Assembly (NCBI RefSeq): GCF_009914755.1
Contig: NC_060935.1
Length of the DNA stretch: 64,000 nt
From: the human T2T-CHM13v2.0 reference genome, Homo sapiens
Reading direction: 5' to 3' (one strand)
The notes under the pieces were generated by a model. The model did not search any database. It was not told where the DNA came from and saw only the letters and a program-made list of their open reading frames with translations. Shown here one piece after another: positions 63,979 through 64,000 of the stretch (within the stretch, counting starts at the first letter, position 1; the number at the start of each line of letters is the position of its first letter). A program made the translations under genes and the position numbers.

Positions 63979-64000
63979 TTGCTCTGCCCTTCTGTCCATT
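63979..64000 (-). CDS. WT1: WT1 alternative exon 5 (17-aa insertion), 3' part only, truncated by window edge
   Basis: Minus strand reads AA TGG ACA GAA GGG CAG AGC AA (K-W-T-E-G-Q-S-N) followed by donor GTGAGT at 63978-63973; phase 2 matches the exon 6 start. Confidence 0.95.

Overview
Human (primate) genomic DNA containing the 3' half of the Wilms tumour gene WT1 on the minus strand. It holds the last 22 nt of alternative exon 5 (window end), then exons 6-10 encoding the four C2H2 zinc fingers, the +/-KTS double donor after exon 9, and a ~1.3 kb 3' UTR ending near 35264 (ATTAAA signal). Positions 1-35260 are downstream intergenic DNA rich in Alu, MIR, L1, MaLR/ERV LTRs and DNA transposons. 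The coding exons read as wild type. Nearly all other ORFs in the track are repeat-derived or chance. I see no evidence of a wholly new gene system. The most interesting non-obvious items are: (1) a ~62 bp mitochondrial ND4-like fossil plus a 25 bp templated duplication inside one LTR of a full-length THE1 element; (2) a strong CTCF motif in an LTR41-like solo LTR 13 kb downstream of WT1; (3) an in-frame ATG in intron 5 that could start a zinc-finger-only WT1; (4) an (GGAA)18 microsatellite; (5) motif-dense candidate enhancers; (6) an inverted Alu pair only 16 bp apart. Repeat subfamily names are from recalled consensus sequences, and repeat boundaries are approximate.
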